This document shows positions 47,828 through 58,359 of a DNA stretch of 64,000 nucleotides, one piece after another. The notes under the pieces are model-generated. The model saw nothing but the letters and a program-made list of their open reading frames with translations, was not told where the DNA came from and searched no databases. Source of the DNA: an uncultured Candidatus Altimarinota bacterium (GTDB lineage Bacteria > Patescibacteriota > Gracilibacteria > BD1-5 > UBA2023); the NCBI GenBank assembly GCA_963751115.1, contig CAVVTN010000007.1, positions 69-64,068 on the forward strand, in the 5' to 3' direction. Each line of letters begins with the position of its first letter. Position 1 is the stretch's first letter. The position numbers and the translations under genes were made by a program.

Positions 47828-47864
47828 TATTCTCGAATTATATATTAAATTTAGAAATATGTTT

Positions 47865-48515
47865 TTAATTTTGTTTGTATATTTTTTCACTAATCGTTGT
47901 TTCTATGCTCATATGAGTATTTTTTGCAATCTCACTATGAATCCCTGCATTGTTACTGATTCGAAGAGAAAGAATGATGGTAACTTTCCCTTCTTGTGAG
48001 AGATTTGTAATGGATGTACTCGGATTTCCAGAGATGAAAAACCGAATATTTTCGACACTCACTCGATTGTCTGAGAGAGCTTTTCGTGTATTGAAAATAT
48101 CTTCTATGCCCATATAACACTGCATTTTGATATCTTTTTGATCCGCTTCGCTACAGAGAATAGGTCATCCCACTAAACCATCTTTCATAGGATAATATTT
48201 ATTTCCTCCTTGAATAGCAAGAATACTATTTCCACTCCCTGTATAATTATTGGTTTTCAGAGAACTAGAGCCATTATAATAACTGAAATCGATTCATTTT
48301 TCACGGACATCAGTTGCGATTTTTTCGGTGATATTTCGAATATTTTCCTGTACGATTCGCATATCTTCCAGTCGTTTATTGACTTGTATGAGATTGCTAT
48401 ATATCACAAATACCGACAGCATAATAACCGAGAGAATAGTGATAGAAACTACGAGTTCTATGAGTGTAAACGCGTGCGACTTCGGTGGTAATTCCGTAAA
48501 AGATATTTTTTGCAT
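47865..48515 (-). CDS. pilin-like/minor pseudopilin (216 aa)
   Basis: SHAFTLIELVVSITILSVIM prepilin-like N-terminus, with Ala at position -1. Joined to track ORF 47865 across 2 TGA. Confidence 0.6.
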
Positions 48516-48685
48516 ATACTATATTATTTATAATCTAAAGATGTATTCTCTCATTTCCTACGGCACTCGCTTTTATCTATTATCTATACATAGAGAGGAA
48601 ATGCACTCAAACAATCCTCGGTGCATTCGAGTAATATATCTTGAGATTACCTGAGGAAATGGAGCATAAAAAGAAAGAGTGAGAA

Positions 48686-49339
48686 TTATTGGCTTTTCCA
48701 GTCGGTGATAATCGTGCTCATACTAGATATACGATATCATTTATTGAAACTGACAAAGAAAACTTCTACTTTGTATCCACGTTCCACGGGGATAGAAGTA
48801 TTGGTTTGAGTATTTTTGGTTATGAGAGGTTCGATCAATATAAAAGATGCAAAATTCGTTTTTTCATTTCCATTTGCACAATTATGAGAATATCGACCGA
48901 GCGTATCGATACAGAGACGAATAGGAGAATTGGTTTTTTGAAATTCTTGAGTAATAACTGTTTGAGAAAGAGACAGCCCAGAAAGTTTTTCTATATGAAT
49001 GAGCTTATTTCCACTAAAATTATTTGTGACAGTGTAATAATTATTTGCCTGCAATGTTTTACTGAGTTCGGTTGGTGATTTCGCGAGTTCTATAGAATTC
49101 CAAGAACGAAATTGTGCCCAGTTGGTATCACGAAGATTTTTCAAAAGCTCTATCTGCTCTCGCATAATATTTGCACCGATAATCTCGTCTCTGGAGCGAA
49201 TAGAGGCATTACTGGCACTATCCACGAGCAGATAAGCTCCGAGAAATCCGAGTGTGAAAACAATAATACCAACCATAAGTTCCAGAACGGTAAATCATTT
49301 TCTATTTTGCGAACGAGAGAAGAATTGTGAATATTTCAT
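48686..49339 (-). CDS. pilin-like/minor pseudopilin (217 aa)
   Basis: MKYSQFFSRSQNRK-G(TGA)-FTVLELMVGIIVF. The cleavage-site Gly is encoded by TGA. Confidence 0.65.
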
Positions 49340-49362
49340 GATAATGAGAAGGTTACAAAAGG

Positions 49363-49884
49363 TTATTTTTCTATTTTGATAGTTCGATACATTGTTCCAG
49401 TTGTTGCCGTTTGCCAACCGATTCCAAGGTTGAAAGTACTTCCTGTTTCAGTTGGACTGGTATATATTTCCATCTCTCCTCGTGGTGCTATAAACTCTAT
49501 AAGTATATTATTTTTTGGCAAAGTATTAATATTTACACCATCTTCCAGAGAAATGATTTTAATGATTTTTGCATTGGCATTTTCTGTAAATGCGTGTGTT
49601 CCTGGAAGGAAAGCAAACATACTAATAGTATGTGATCATTTCTCAAACAGAATTCCCATATTTGCATTCTTTGTCGTCCCGGGAAAGAGTTGTCCATTTT
49701 GTGAAAGAAGTCTGGCATTTTCCATAGTTTGGTGGATTTTTTCTGCACTGATTCGTACTCGAGAAAGTCTACTATAATAGTCGTATGGAACATAGGATCC
49801 TGCAAAAAGAATACCAATAATCGTCATAACGACCATAAGTTCTATGAGAGTAAATCCAGATGTATTTCGAATAGGATGGAACAT
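49363..49884 (-). CDS. prepilin-type N-terminal methylation-domain protein (GspH/FimT-like, 173 aa)
   Basis: SGFTLIELMVVMTIIGIL N-terminus. Track ORFs 49636 and 49363 are in frame. Confidence 0.7.
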
Positions 49885-49980
49885 AGATAAAAGGATGGAG
49901 TGAATATATCTGGATTGTATGATTTTTTCGTATCAAATCAAGTATTTCTCGAGTAAGGAGATGATTTCTGAGAGAGTACG

Positions 49981-50005
49981 ATAAAAAACAAAACTAAAAT
50001 TTGCT
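49981..50005 (+). repeat. 25-bp direct repeat bounding the DGR cassette (left copy)
   Basis: ataaaaaacaaaactaaaatttgct is identical to 53066-53090. Similarity continues imperfectly for about 20 nt. Confidence 0.8.
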
Positions 50006-50098
50006 ATTATTTTATCTCTCTATACAATCTTACAAACATAAATTCAAATATAAATTTTAATCTTCTTGACATAACTAAAATCCCTCTAATATGCCCAT

Positions 50099-50144
50099 AG
50101 CAACCAGCAACCAGCAACCAGCAACCAGCAACCAGCAACCAGCA
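50099..50144 (+). repeat. heptanucleotide tandem repeat (AGCAACC) x 6.5
   Basis: A perfect 7-nt periodicity can be read directly, about 165 nt upstream of the DGR target start. Confidence 0.9.
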
Positions 50145-50310
50145 TACAATAGACTCGTCTTAAGAAACGCTTAACTATCGTATTGTTCCTGAGTAATAAA
50201 TTTACTAAAAGTAAAAAATATAGTTTGACAAGAAAAATATTTGACAAATTCATATAATCTATAGTATAGTCAGAGTAGTAAGTAATTATTCTTAACTCTC
50301 ATATAATTAT

Positions 50311-51063
50311 ATGAACAATCAATCCGCTATACGACGAGATATCGCTCTTGAGAAATCTCGTAATGTTCGAAATAGAATCCGTAACTGACGAGAAGTTTCC
50401 TCAAAACAAGTTGAAGAAGTAAAAATATCGGTAACAACCACTCTTGACCAACCTCTTGAATTTATCGAATTTCCTGCTCTAAAAGTTGCTCGTCTCCCAC
50501 TCTGACCGACCAAATCTCACATCGATGGACTCGTGCAAGCAGGAAAACTCGATGCGAACAATATCTTCGTTGGCAAGGAAGCATGGAAGAATGCTGAAAT
50601 CAATAAGGAAGTTCCACAGGTATTCGGCTACACGATTGCAAATGACCAAGAACTTGCCAGAGTTATAACCGACAAGAAGGTACTCGATGCGGCAAGAAAG
50701 GAAGTAGAAGTATCAGGAACTTTCCCAACTATCTACGTTCTAAATCACGAGGCACGACTTGCTCATGCAGCTTATCTCAGAGGACGTCTGCCAACTCAGG
50801 AAGAGCAGAAGAGTATTTGGGATAAACTTCCAGGAGCAAATGTTCTTGAGAAAGCAACAGGTGCTGGTATTCCTTTCGCGGGCTACTTCAGTGCCGGCAA
50901 CCGTAAGTTCTGCTATGTCGGTGATTGGGCGTACTTGATGTCCTCGTCCAAGAATGACGGCGGCTTCTTCGAGGGCCTCAAGGCGTACCGTGACGACCGT
51001 GAGGCTGTCGAGTACTGAGATTTCCCTGAGCATGGGTTTTCTTCTCTCGTTGTTTTTGGATAA
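50311..51063 (+). CDS. DGR target (variable) protein with C-terminal lectin-like VR region (250 aa)
   Basis: ATG 50311 is in frame with track ORF 50533 across 2 TGA. The gene continues past TGA 51016 to TAA 51061. The last ~60 codons are the VR copy of the TR. Confidence 0.8.
50881..51059 (+). repeat. DGR variable repeat (VR)
   Basis: 179 nt align without gaps to 51669-51847. There are 18 differences, 17 of them where the TR has A. Confidence 0.9.
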
Positions 51064-51166
51064 AATTGACTCTTTGTTCTCTTTGTCTCTTTAGAACTTT
51101 TTACTTTGAACAATACGATGCCACTATCCAAGTTAGGGGCATTTTATTTCGCGTTCAAACTATCCT

Positions 51167-51520
51167 ATGATTTACGAAGGACTTCCAATTTACAAAGCAA
51201 CATACGATTTTCTTCTCGCTGCATTCACCTTCTCAAGGTCGTTTAGTCGAGAGTACAAGTACACCATCTGACAAGAGCTCAAGAATGAGACGATTCAACT
51301 TCTCCTCTCTGTTTACCGAGCGAACAGTTCGCAGAAAAACCGATACACTTTCCTTGAAGATGCGAAGGTACATCTCGAAACCGTTCGCTTGCTTCTTCGT
51401 CTGACAAAAGACTTAAAACAGATTCCACTCAAAGACTTTGTATCCCTTCTCGAACAAGTTGAGGGTATCTCGAAACAGCTCGCTGGTTGGCAGCAGAAGA
51501 CAGGGAAGTCAGAGTTTTAG
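51167..51520 (+). CDS. avd: Avd (four-helix-bundle DGR accessory protein, 117 aa)
   Basis: PIYKATYDFLL...REYKYTI-G(TGA)-QELKNE resembles the Avd/23S-IVS family. It sits between VR and TR. Confidence 0.8.
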
Positions 51521-51668
51521 GAATATGGGGAGGGGTCAGAATTGCTTTTTCCAAGGACTAAGCGAGCGTGCCTAATTTTTATCGGGAGTACACTCGGTAC
51601 ACCGAGTATAGAAGTTTTTTTATCCGTATCTTCGGATAAAAAACATACAAGATGCTCCTTTGCGACCA

Positions 51669-51847
51669 GGCTACTTCAATGCCGACAACCGTAAGTTCTA
51701 CAATGTCGGTGATTGGGCGTACTTGATGTCCTCGTCCAAGAATGACGACGGCAACTTCAAGAGCCTCAAAGCGAACCGTGACAACCGTGAGGCTGACGAG
51801 AACTGGAATAACCCTGAGCATGGGTTTTCTTCTCTCGTTGTTTTTGG
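51669..51847 (+). repeat. DGR template repeat (TR)
   Basis: Rich in AAC/AAT codons. It is invariant relative to VR except at adenines, and lies 25 nt upstream of the RT start. Confidence 0.9.
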
Positions 51848-51872
51848 TGAAAAATCTCATATTCCTAAAACT

Positions 51873-53063
51873 ATGATTTCCCTCGAAGATATATTTCTCG
51901 CCTATTATGATTGTCGTAGAAACAAGCGCAATTCTCCAAATGCCATTGCATTCGAGCTTCACTATGAGTCCGAATGTATAAAGCTCTACGATGAGATTTA
52001 CTCACGTACCTATAAACCGCTCCCAGGGACGGCATTTATCGTCCGTGATCCAGTACAGCGCGAGATCTTCGCTTCCGATTTTCGAGATCGTGTCGTTCAT
52101 CATTTGGTCATTCGCAAGATCGAGCTCTTTCTTGATCGAATACTGATCCATGATTCATATAGTGCACGCGTATGAAAGGGAACATACTACGGAGTAAAGC
52201 AGGTATCCAGATTCGTGCGGGCTTGTTCAAATAATTATACACAGGGCGCATATATTCTCAAGCTTGATATATCAGGATTTTTTATGGGTATCAATCGGGA
52301 ATTACTACTCCAAAAAATTCATCGTCTGCTCGACCGCTTCCTTCCCGAAGGCGAGAACGAAGTCTACGGCTTTCTCATCGAAACGCTTATCCGTCGGGAT
52401 ATCACGAAAGATTGTCAGATCAAAGGAAAGCGAACTGATTGGATCGGACTCCCGAAAACCAAGAGTCTTTTTTACAGTGTTCCATGAACAGGGATTCCAA
52501 TAGGAAACCTCACGAGCCAGATTTTTGCAAATCTTTATCTTCACGAGCTCGATACATTTATCAAGAAAGAACTAAAAGTCCAATACTACGGGCGATATGT
52601 GGATGATTTTGTACTTATTCATCCAGACAAAGACTATTTACGGAGCGTTATTCCGAAGATTTCCGAATTTCTCGAAACCAAGCTTTTTCTGACGCTCCAT
52701 CCGAAGAAAATATATTTTCAGCACTATACAAAATGAGTTTTATTTCTCGGTGTTTATATAAAACCTCATCGACTCTACATAGGAAATCGCACGAAGGGGA
52801 ATTTTTATGCGTGTATCAAGGAGATAAATAAAATATTAGAGCAACTTGAATCTGAAGCAAAACTTCCTGATAAACAAACATTGAAAGATATTATTTCTCG
52901 AGTTAATTCCTATCTCTGAATGATGGGAACTTATAATACCTATCGTATTCGTAAAAAGATGCTTATAGATCTTTTTAGAGGAAATTTTTGAGAATATTTC
53001 TCTGTTTCAGGAAAGTATCAGAAAATCATCCTAAGAAAAGAAATAGTAAGAGAAGAAATATAA
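51873..53063 (+). CDS. DGR-type reverse transcriptase (396 aa)
   Basis: IPIGNLTSQIFANLYL, RYVDDFVLI (YxDD) and G(TGA)-VLFLGVYI motifs. Frame verified through 6 TGA to TAA 53061. Confidence 0.9.
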
Positions 53064-53065
53064 AT

Positions 53066-53090
53066 ATAAAAAACAAAACTAAAATTTGCT
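53066..53090 (+). repeat. 25-bp direct repeat bounding the DGR cassette (right copy)
   Basis: Identical to 49981-50005. It lies just upstream of rplS. Confidence 0.8.
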
Positions 53091-53166
53091 TTTTATATTT
53101 TTTCTATATACTTTTCCCGTTCGTCGAGTTTATCGACTCGTTTTATTTTGTTATTCATTAGTTCGT

Positions 53167-53520
53167 ATGGACGCAACACTTATCAAAACTATCCAAGAAG
53201 ATTCTATCAAGGATGAAAGACCAGAAATTGTTACTGGTATGGAGGTAGAAGTACATCAGATTATCAAAGAAGGAAATAAAGAGCGTATCCAGAAATTTAA
53301 GGGTCTTGTTATCAAGACTCATGGAAAAACAACTCTTGATAAAACTATCACCGTTCGTAAGGATGTTGATGGTATCGGAATCGAGAAGATTTTCCCAATC
53401 TATTCTCCAGGAGTTGCAAAGATTGAAATCCTTCGATCTTTCAAGGTTCGCAGAAAGAATATTACTTTTATCCGAGAATTGAAAGGGAAAGCTGCTCGTC
53501 TCAAAGAAGTTCGAAAATAA
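53167..53520 (+). CDS. rplS: 50S ribosomal protein L19 (117 aa)
   Basis: GMEVEVHQIIKEGNKERIQKFKGLVI...SPGVAKIEIL is typical of L19. An internal ATG of the track ORF is used as the start. Confidence 0.85.
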   Translation: MDATLIKTIQEDSIKDERPEIVTGMEVEVHQIIKEGNKERIQKFKGLVIKTHGKTTLDKTITVRKDVDGIGIEKIFPIYSPGVAKIEILRSFKVRRKNITFIRELKGKAARLKEVRK

Positions 53521-53529
53521 AACCTATAA

Positions 53530-53566
53530 AAAACACATACTGAGTTTTCTCAGTATGTGTTTTTTG
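53530..53566 (+). terminator. rho-independent terminator
   Basis: aaacacatactgag-ttttc-tcagtatgtgttt followed by a T run. Confidence 0.7.
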
Positions 53567-53849
53567 ATTCTTTTTTTGAAAGAATCAAAGATAAAGACGG
53601 AGGTATTTCAGCTATAATAAAGAGACTATTTTTTATGTATAAATAATGTATACAATTTATCGTGTCAAGCGAATTTTATCTTTTGACATTCGGGGGAAAA
53701 TGAATAAACCTTATATACTTTTTTAGAGGAATAAGAAGTCAGGGAAATGATGAAAAAGTTCGGATAATGATGTTGCCCAGAAGCATATATAATATGGTTT
53801 TACATATATAGATTCACTTTCATTTACGCTACAACCCTTTTTTAAAAAC

Positions 53850-55277
53850 ATGCATCCAGTAAATACAGATACTTCTCTCCTTCGGGACATCATAAAAGAA
53901 CTTACAACCACTATTCGGAAGCAAGATTTTTTGACGTATTTTAAAAAGGTTTCTCTCTTGGAACAGACGGCTGAAAAGATTTCTTTTGGAGTGGTTTCGA
54001 GTTTTATGCGTGATAATCTCGCTCATAAGTTTTTTAATGAGATTCTCACAGCTGTTCAGAAATACGCACCAACCATTACTATTATTGATTTTCATGTAGA
54101 TAAAAATATTGACAATCCATCGAATAGTAATGTTGTAGATTGTGGAGCAGAATATAAAGAAATGACGACTCTTAAAAAGAAAAAGGAAGAAACTCCTGGA
54201 ACTGAAATGGTTGAAGGAATCAATAGTCGAATAATCAATAGTAAATATCGATTGGAGAACTTTATTGTTGGACCTTCTAATCAATTGGTTCATGCTGCTG
54301 CCGAAGCGGTGGTTCGTAAACCAGGAAGTGCTTACAATCCACTGTTTGTCTACGGAGATGTTGGACTCGGGAAGACTCATATCCTCCAGGCGGTTGGAAA
54401 TGCTATTAAAGAACGTTACAAAGACAAAAAAGTTATCTATACAACGGCTGATCGATTTTTGAGTGATTATATAGAGAGTGTGAAGAAACGAACGGTGGAT
54501 CGTATGAAAGAGAAATATCAATCTATCGATGTGCTGATTATTGACGATGTACAATTTCTTGCGGGGAAAGATGCAACTCAAACAGTGCTCTATAACATTT
54601 TTAATACCCTCTACGAGAACAATAAACAGATTATCCTCTCAGGAGATCGTCCACCAAAAGAATTGACCGCATTGGAACCGCGTTTGCAAAGCCGTTTTGA
54701 ATGGGGGATTATCGTAGATATTGGAATCCCAGATTTTGAAACACGATTGGCTATTCTTCAGGAAAAAGCTCGTGCTCGTGAATTCATACTCCCACAGGAA
54801 GTTGCTGAATTCATCGCCTACAACCTCGGTGCAAATGTTCGAGAGATAGAAGGGGTGCTTAATCAGATTATCGCTGAATATGAGCTTCATAATATCCCTC
54901 CTACGATTGATAATGTCGCACGACGACTCAATAAGCTTTCCATTACCGATTCTCTCATTGGGAATTCTACCAAGAAGATGGCAGCTTCTATTAAAACTTA
55001 TGAAGAACTCCTCGATGCGGTAGCTGGACATTTCGGTATTGAAAAACAACACATTCTCTGAGATGATCGCAAGAAACAAAATATGATTCCTCGTCAGGTT
55101 GCCATGTACCTTCTCAAGAATCGCATGAACTACACCTATGAACGTATCGGAAATATTTTTTCTGGACGAAATCACTCAGCTGTTCTCTACTCTTGCAAGA
55201 AACTGGAAACCATTCTCAAAAAAGATCAGAATCTCTTTTATGAGATCAATATCCTCCGAGATAAGCTCGGGATATAA
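53850..55277 (+). CDS. dnaA: chromosomal replication initiator DnaA (475 aa)
   Basis: GDVGLGKTHILQAVGN, IIDDVQFLAGK, box VII/VIII and a C-terminal DNA-binding helix (GRNHSAVLYSCKK). One in-frame TGA at 55059. Confidence 0.9.
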
Positions 55278-55291
55278 GTCGCAAAGCGAAA

Positions 55292-55320
55292 AAATCCTCC
55301 ACGAATGTGGAGGATTTTTG
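55292..55320. terminator. bidirectional hairpin terminator
   Basis: aatcctccac-gaa-tgtggaggatt between convergent genes. Confidence 0.6.
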
Positions 55321-57324
55321 TTATGGGTTTTTTCTAGAGTGAAAATTTGTAAGATATGTAACATTGAGAGAACCATTGTTTTGTATCAAACTTCCAGATA
55401 AGAGCCTCGATTGTAAACTCTGACCACTTGCAGAAAAGGAATCTTGGAAGAATTGTTTTCCATCTTCTGGATTCTGAATTTTTTCAGCACCTTTGATACC
55501 AAGAAGTTTTCCAAAATAATGAAGAACTTTTATTTTTTCATCTGCTTCAAACTTTCCATCTTGTGTATTTACTTGAGTAGTATCTGTAGAGCTTGCTTGT
55601 AATACTTTTCTGAGATCTTCCTGTGAGAGATGTCGGATAAAGTATCCGAGACCAGCATCCTCGAGAAATCGAAGACTTGCTATATATGTATTCACTTTTT
55701 CTTTCGGAAGTGTGATAGTATTGTTTGTATGATTCCCGATTTGAATTTTGTAATTATCTCCTTCACGAGTTATGTTATTTGTATCGGAAGATTCTTTACT
55801 GAGAGGGAAAGAATATACTTCCCCATCTTTGATTTTGGAAAGCGGAATATCTTTTAGGATTGTTTGATGAGAAGTTGTCTTTTCGGCTTTCTCCTCTTGC
55901 TGTGGAAGAGATTTCTCTTTTGTTGCAACCTCAGGATTTTCTTTATCGAACAATGCTTTTTCTTTTTGCCAGGCTTTATATTCTTTGGCGAATGTTTTAT
56001 CTTCTTTTTGAAGTTGCGTAACCATTTGTTCCATGGTAATTTCCTCATTTGCAAGGTGTCTCAATCCTTCCTCTTTGACATGAGCAAGAATCAAATCTTC
56101 TCGTTTGCTCTGGATTGATTCTCTCCTGATTGTATTGATTGATTTATCATATTGATCACGTACCTTTTGATCTTTTGTTTGACTCTTTAGTTTTTGGAAT
56201 TGAGCAATATCAGTCTCTTTTTTATTTGCTTGTATTTTCCGTACTTGTCGTGTAATGCTTGTTATATTGAGCTCAATGTTATATTGCTTTTCATAGGAAA
56301 TACCGATTTGTCCTATTTTTTGAATTCCTTTTGCAGTACTCATTTCTGTGAGCATCTTATCTATAGTAGTATCAATCTCTCTTTTTTCTAATGTCTTACT
56401 TTTTTCAAATTGGGGTCTGAGTTCCGCTTTGATTCTTTTTCTGAGTTCTGTTCCTTGTTCAGCAAGAAGCATAAAAGTAAAATCTAAACTTTTAGGATCG
56501 AATGTTTGTACTTTTTCAAAGAAAGCTCATGGTGAACTAATCGTTGTGATAGTGTTAACTACATATCATAGTCCTGATTTTTCTAGCATGTTCTTTGCTA
56601 TCAGTCCATTTTCATCCTTCTCTTTATTTCATTTTCCCCATAATTTCCCAAGTTCTATAAGAGAATTATGACTGAATTTCTGGACTAATATTTCTGGCTT
56701 CATCATTCATTTTGAATCCAGATATTTGAAATAGTTTGCAAGTCCTAAAGAATTTATATCGGAAATACTTTTAGTTTTTAATTCTGTTTCAAATTCTTTT
56801 ATGGATACAAATGTATTTCCCTCGTCATTATTAAATTTATGCAATCCCTTCTCTGAGAATCCTATTTTTTTAAGATCATTGTTTTCTGGTAGTCAGAGTT
56901 GTCTATTAACTTTTTGTTCTTCTTTTTTAGCTCTATCAAAGAACAAATTGTCTGCTTTATTCCATAATCTATTTGATATATTAGAAATTTCTTCATATCA
57001 AGATGATTCTTTTGAAGTAGTCGTCGAAGTCGGTATTGTTTTTTCTTTCGAAGCAACTGGTGAATTTGGTATTGTTTTTTCTTTTTGACACTCAACACCG
57101 AGTTTACAGAGTGCTTTCTGGCATTCTCATTGAATTTCTTGTGTTTTAATATCTTTTCGTTTGATTATTTCAGTAGTTTGAGCTACAAGCTTTGCAAAAA
57201 GTTCAGTAGATACCTGGGTTCTATTTTTATTGAGAAAGTCAATAGCAGTTTGTTCTTTTGTGCTTCGTCATTTTTGCCCATCAGATTGTTCTATCTGTAA
57301 CCACCAGTTATTTGTTTCTGCCAT
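55321..57324 (-). CDS. large Lys/Glu-rich hypothetical protein (667 aa)
   Basis: Track ORF 55321-56472 extends upstream in frame across 9 TGA to ATG 57324 (checked codon by codon). It contains the tandem KEKTIP(N/T)S... repeat. Confidence 0.6.
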
Positions 57325-57451
57325 GTTGCTTATTATTAAGAGAGTAATGTCTTTAGATTAGCATATTCCTCGCTTTTTTGCAATAAATCCAAATGATTTT
57401 GCATTTAAGAGAAAACCTCTATACTGAAAATGTATTTTTAATATCACTTTT

Positions 57452-58168
57452 ATGCAACAAAATTATGCATTTATCGATGCACAGAATCTGAATTCCTGAC
57501 TCTATAAACTTGGCTGGAAGATTGACTGGAAGCGGTTTCGTGAATATCTGAGAGAGGAGGCGGATATAGAAGTAGCGTATGTTTTCCTCGGATTTATGCC
57601 CGGAAATCAGGATTTGTATTTGATGCTCCAAAAATCAGGATTTGTGGTGGTTTTTAAGGAAATACTCATGATGGAATCTGGGGAAATAAAGGGGAATATC
57701 GACGCAGAGCTCATTCTCCAGGCGATGATTGATTATGATCGATACGATCAGGCCTTGATTGTTTCGGGTGATGGAGATTTCACCTGTCTTCTCCGATATT
57801 TGTGACAAAATAATAAACTTCTCGGGATATTGGCTCCGTACGAAAAAGGACTTTCCTCTCTCATACAAAAGCTCGCAGGGGATAAGATTGAATATCTGCG
57901 AACGATTCGAAAGAAGGTAGAATATCGTCCTATTCGGAATATGAAGGCTCGGACAAAACCGATGCCACCGATGCAGTCCGATATTGGAGTAACGGATACA
58001 AAAGAGGTGAGTATGTCACAAAAAGTACCACCTTCTCCAAAACCGATAAAACACACCAATAAACATCCAAAACCACGAGTTCAGCCACAAAAAAATACTC
58101 TGCAGTCAACAAAACCGATAGTATCCAGTCCTTGAAAAGGGACGCTTTATACGGGAGGGGTTAAATAA
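57452..58168 (+). CDS. NYN/LabA-like (DUF88) domain protein with basic Pro/Lys tail (238 aa)
   Basis: YAFIDAQNL, GNIDAELILQAM and LIVSGDGDF motifs. Track ORFs 57596 and 57830 are in frame. Confidence 0.7.
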
Positions 58169-58198
58169 ATCAAAAAAAAATTATAAAACAAAAGTATT

Positions 58199-58352
58199 TG
58201 TCATTCCGACCGTAGTGGAGGAATCTCTTTAGATCGGTATATTGACATGATGTTACAAGCAGTTACCAAGACTGAATTATATGAGAGATTTTGTAGTTCT
58301 GCTTCATATGGTTTGATTAAATTGTTATACCTCGAGTCCCCTCGGAATGACA
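58199..58352. repeat. MITE-like element (TGTCATTCCGA...CTCGGAATGACA)
   Basis: Terminal hairpin units attcc-gaccgtagtgga-ggaat and the inverse. The interior shares 22 nt with the element that disrupts the kinase gene at 2537. Confidence 0.6.
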
Positions 58353-58359
58353 ATACTTG

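Noticed and set aside
50099-50144. Possible CRISPR array or other spaced repeat.
   Set aside because: The units are 7 nt, contiguous and have no spacers. No CRISPR-like repeat-spacer structure was seen anywhere in the window.
51660-51872. Track ORF 51660-52175 suggests the RT begins inside the TR.
   Set aside because: The in-frame stretch before ATG 51873 is simply the TR, which mimics the target C-terminus. The RT N-terminal consensus starts at MISLEDIFLAYYDCRRNKR.
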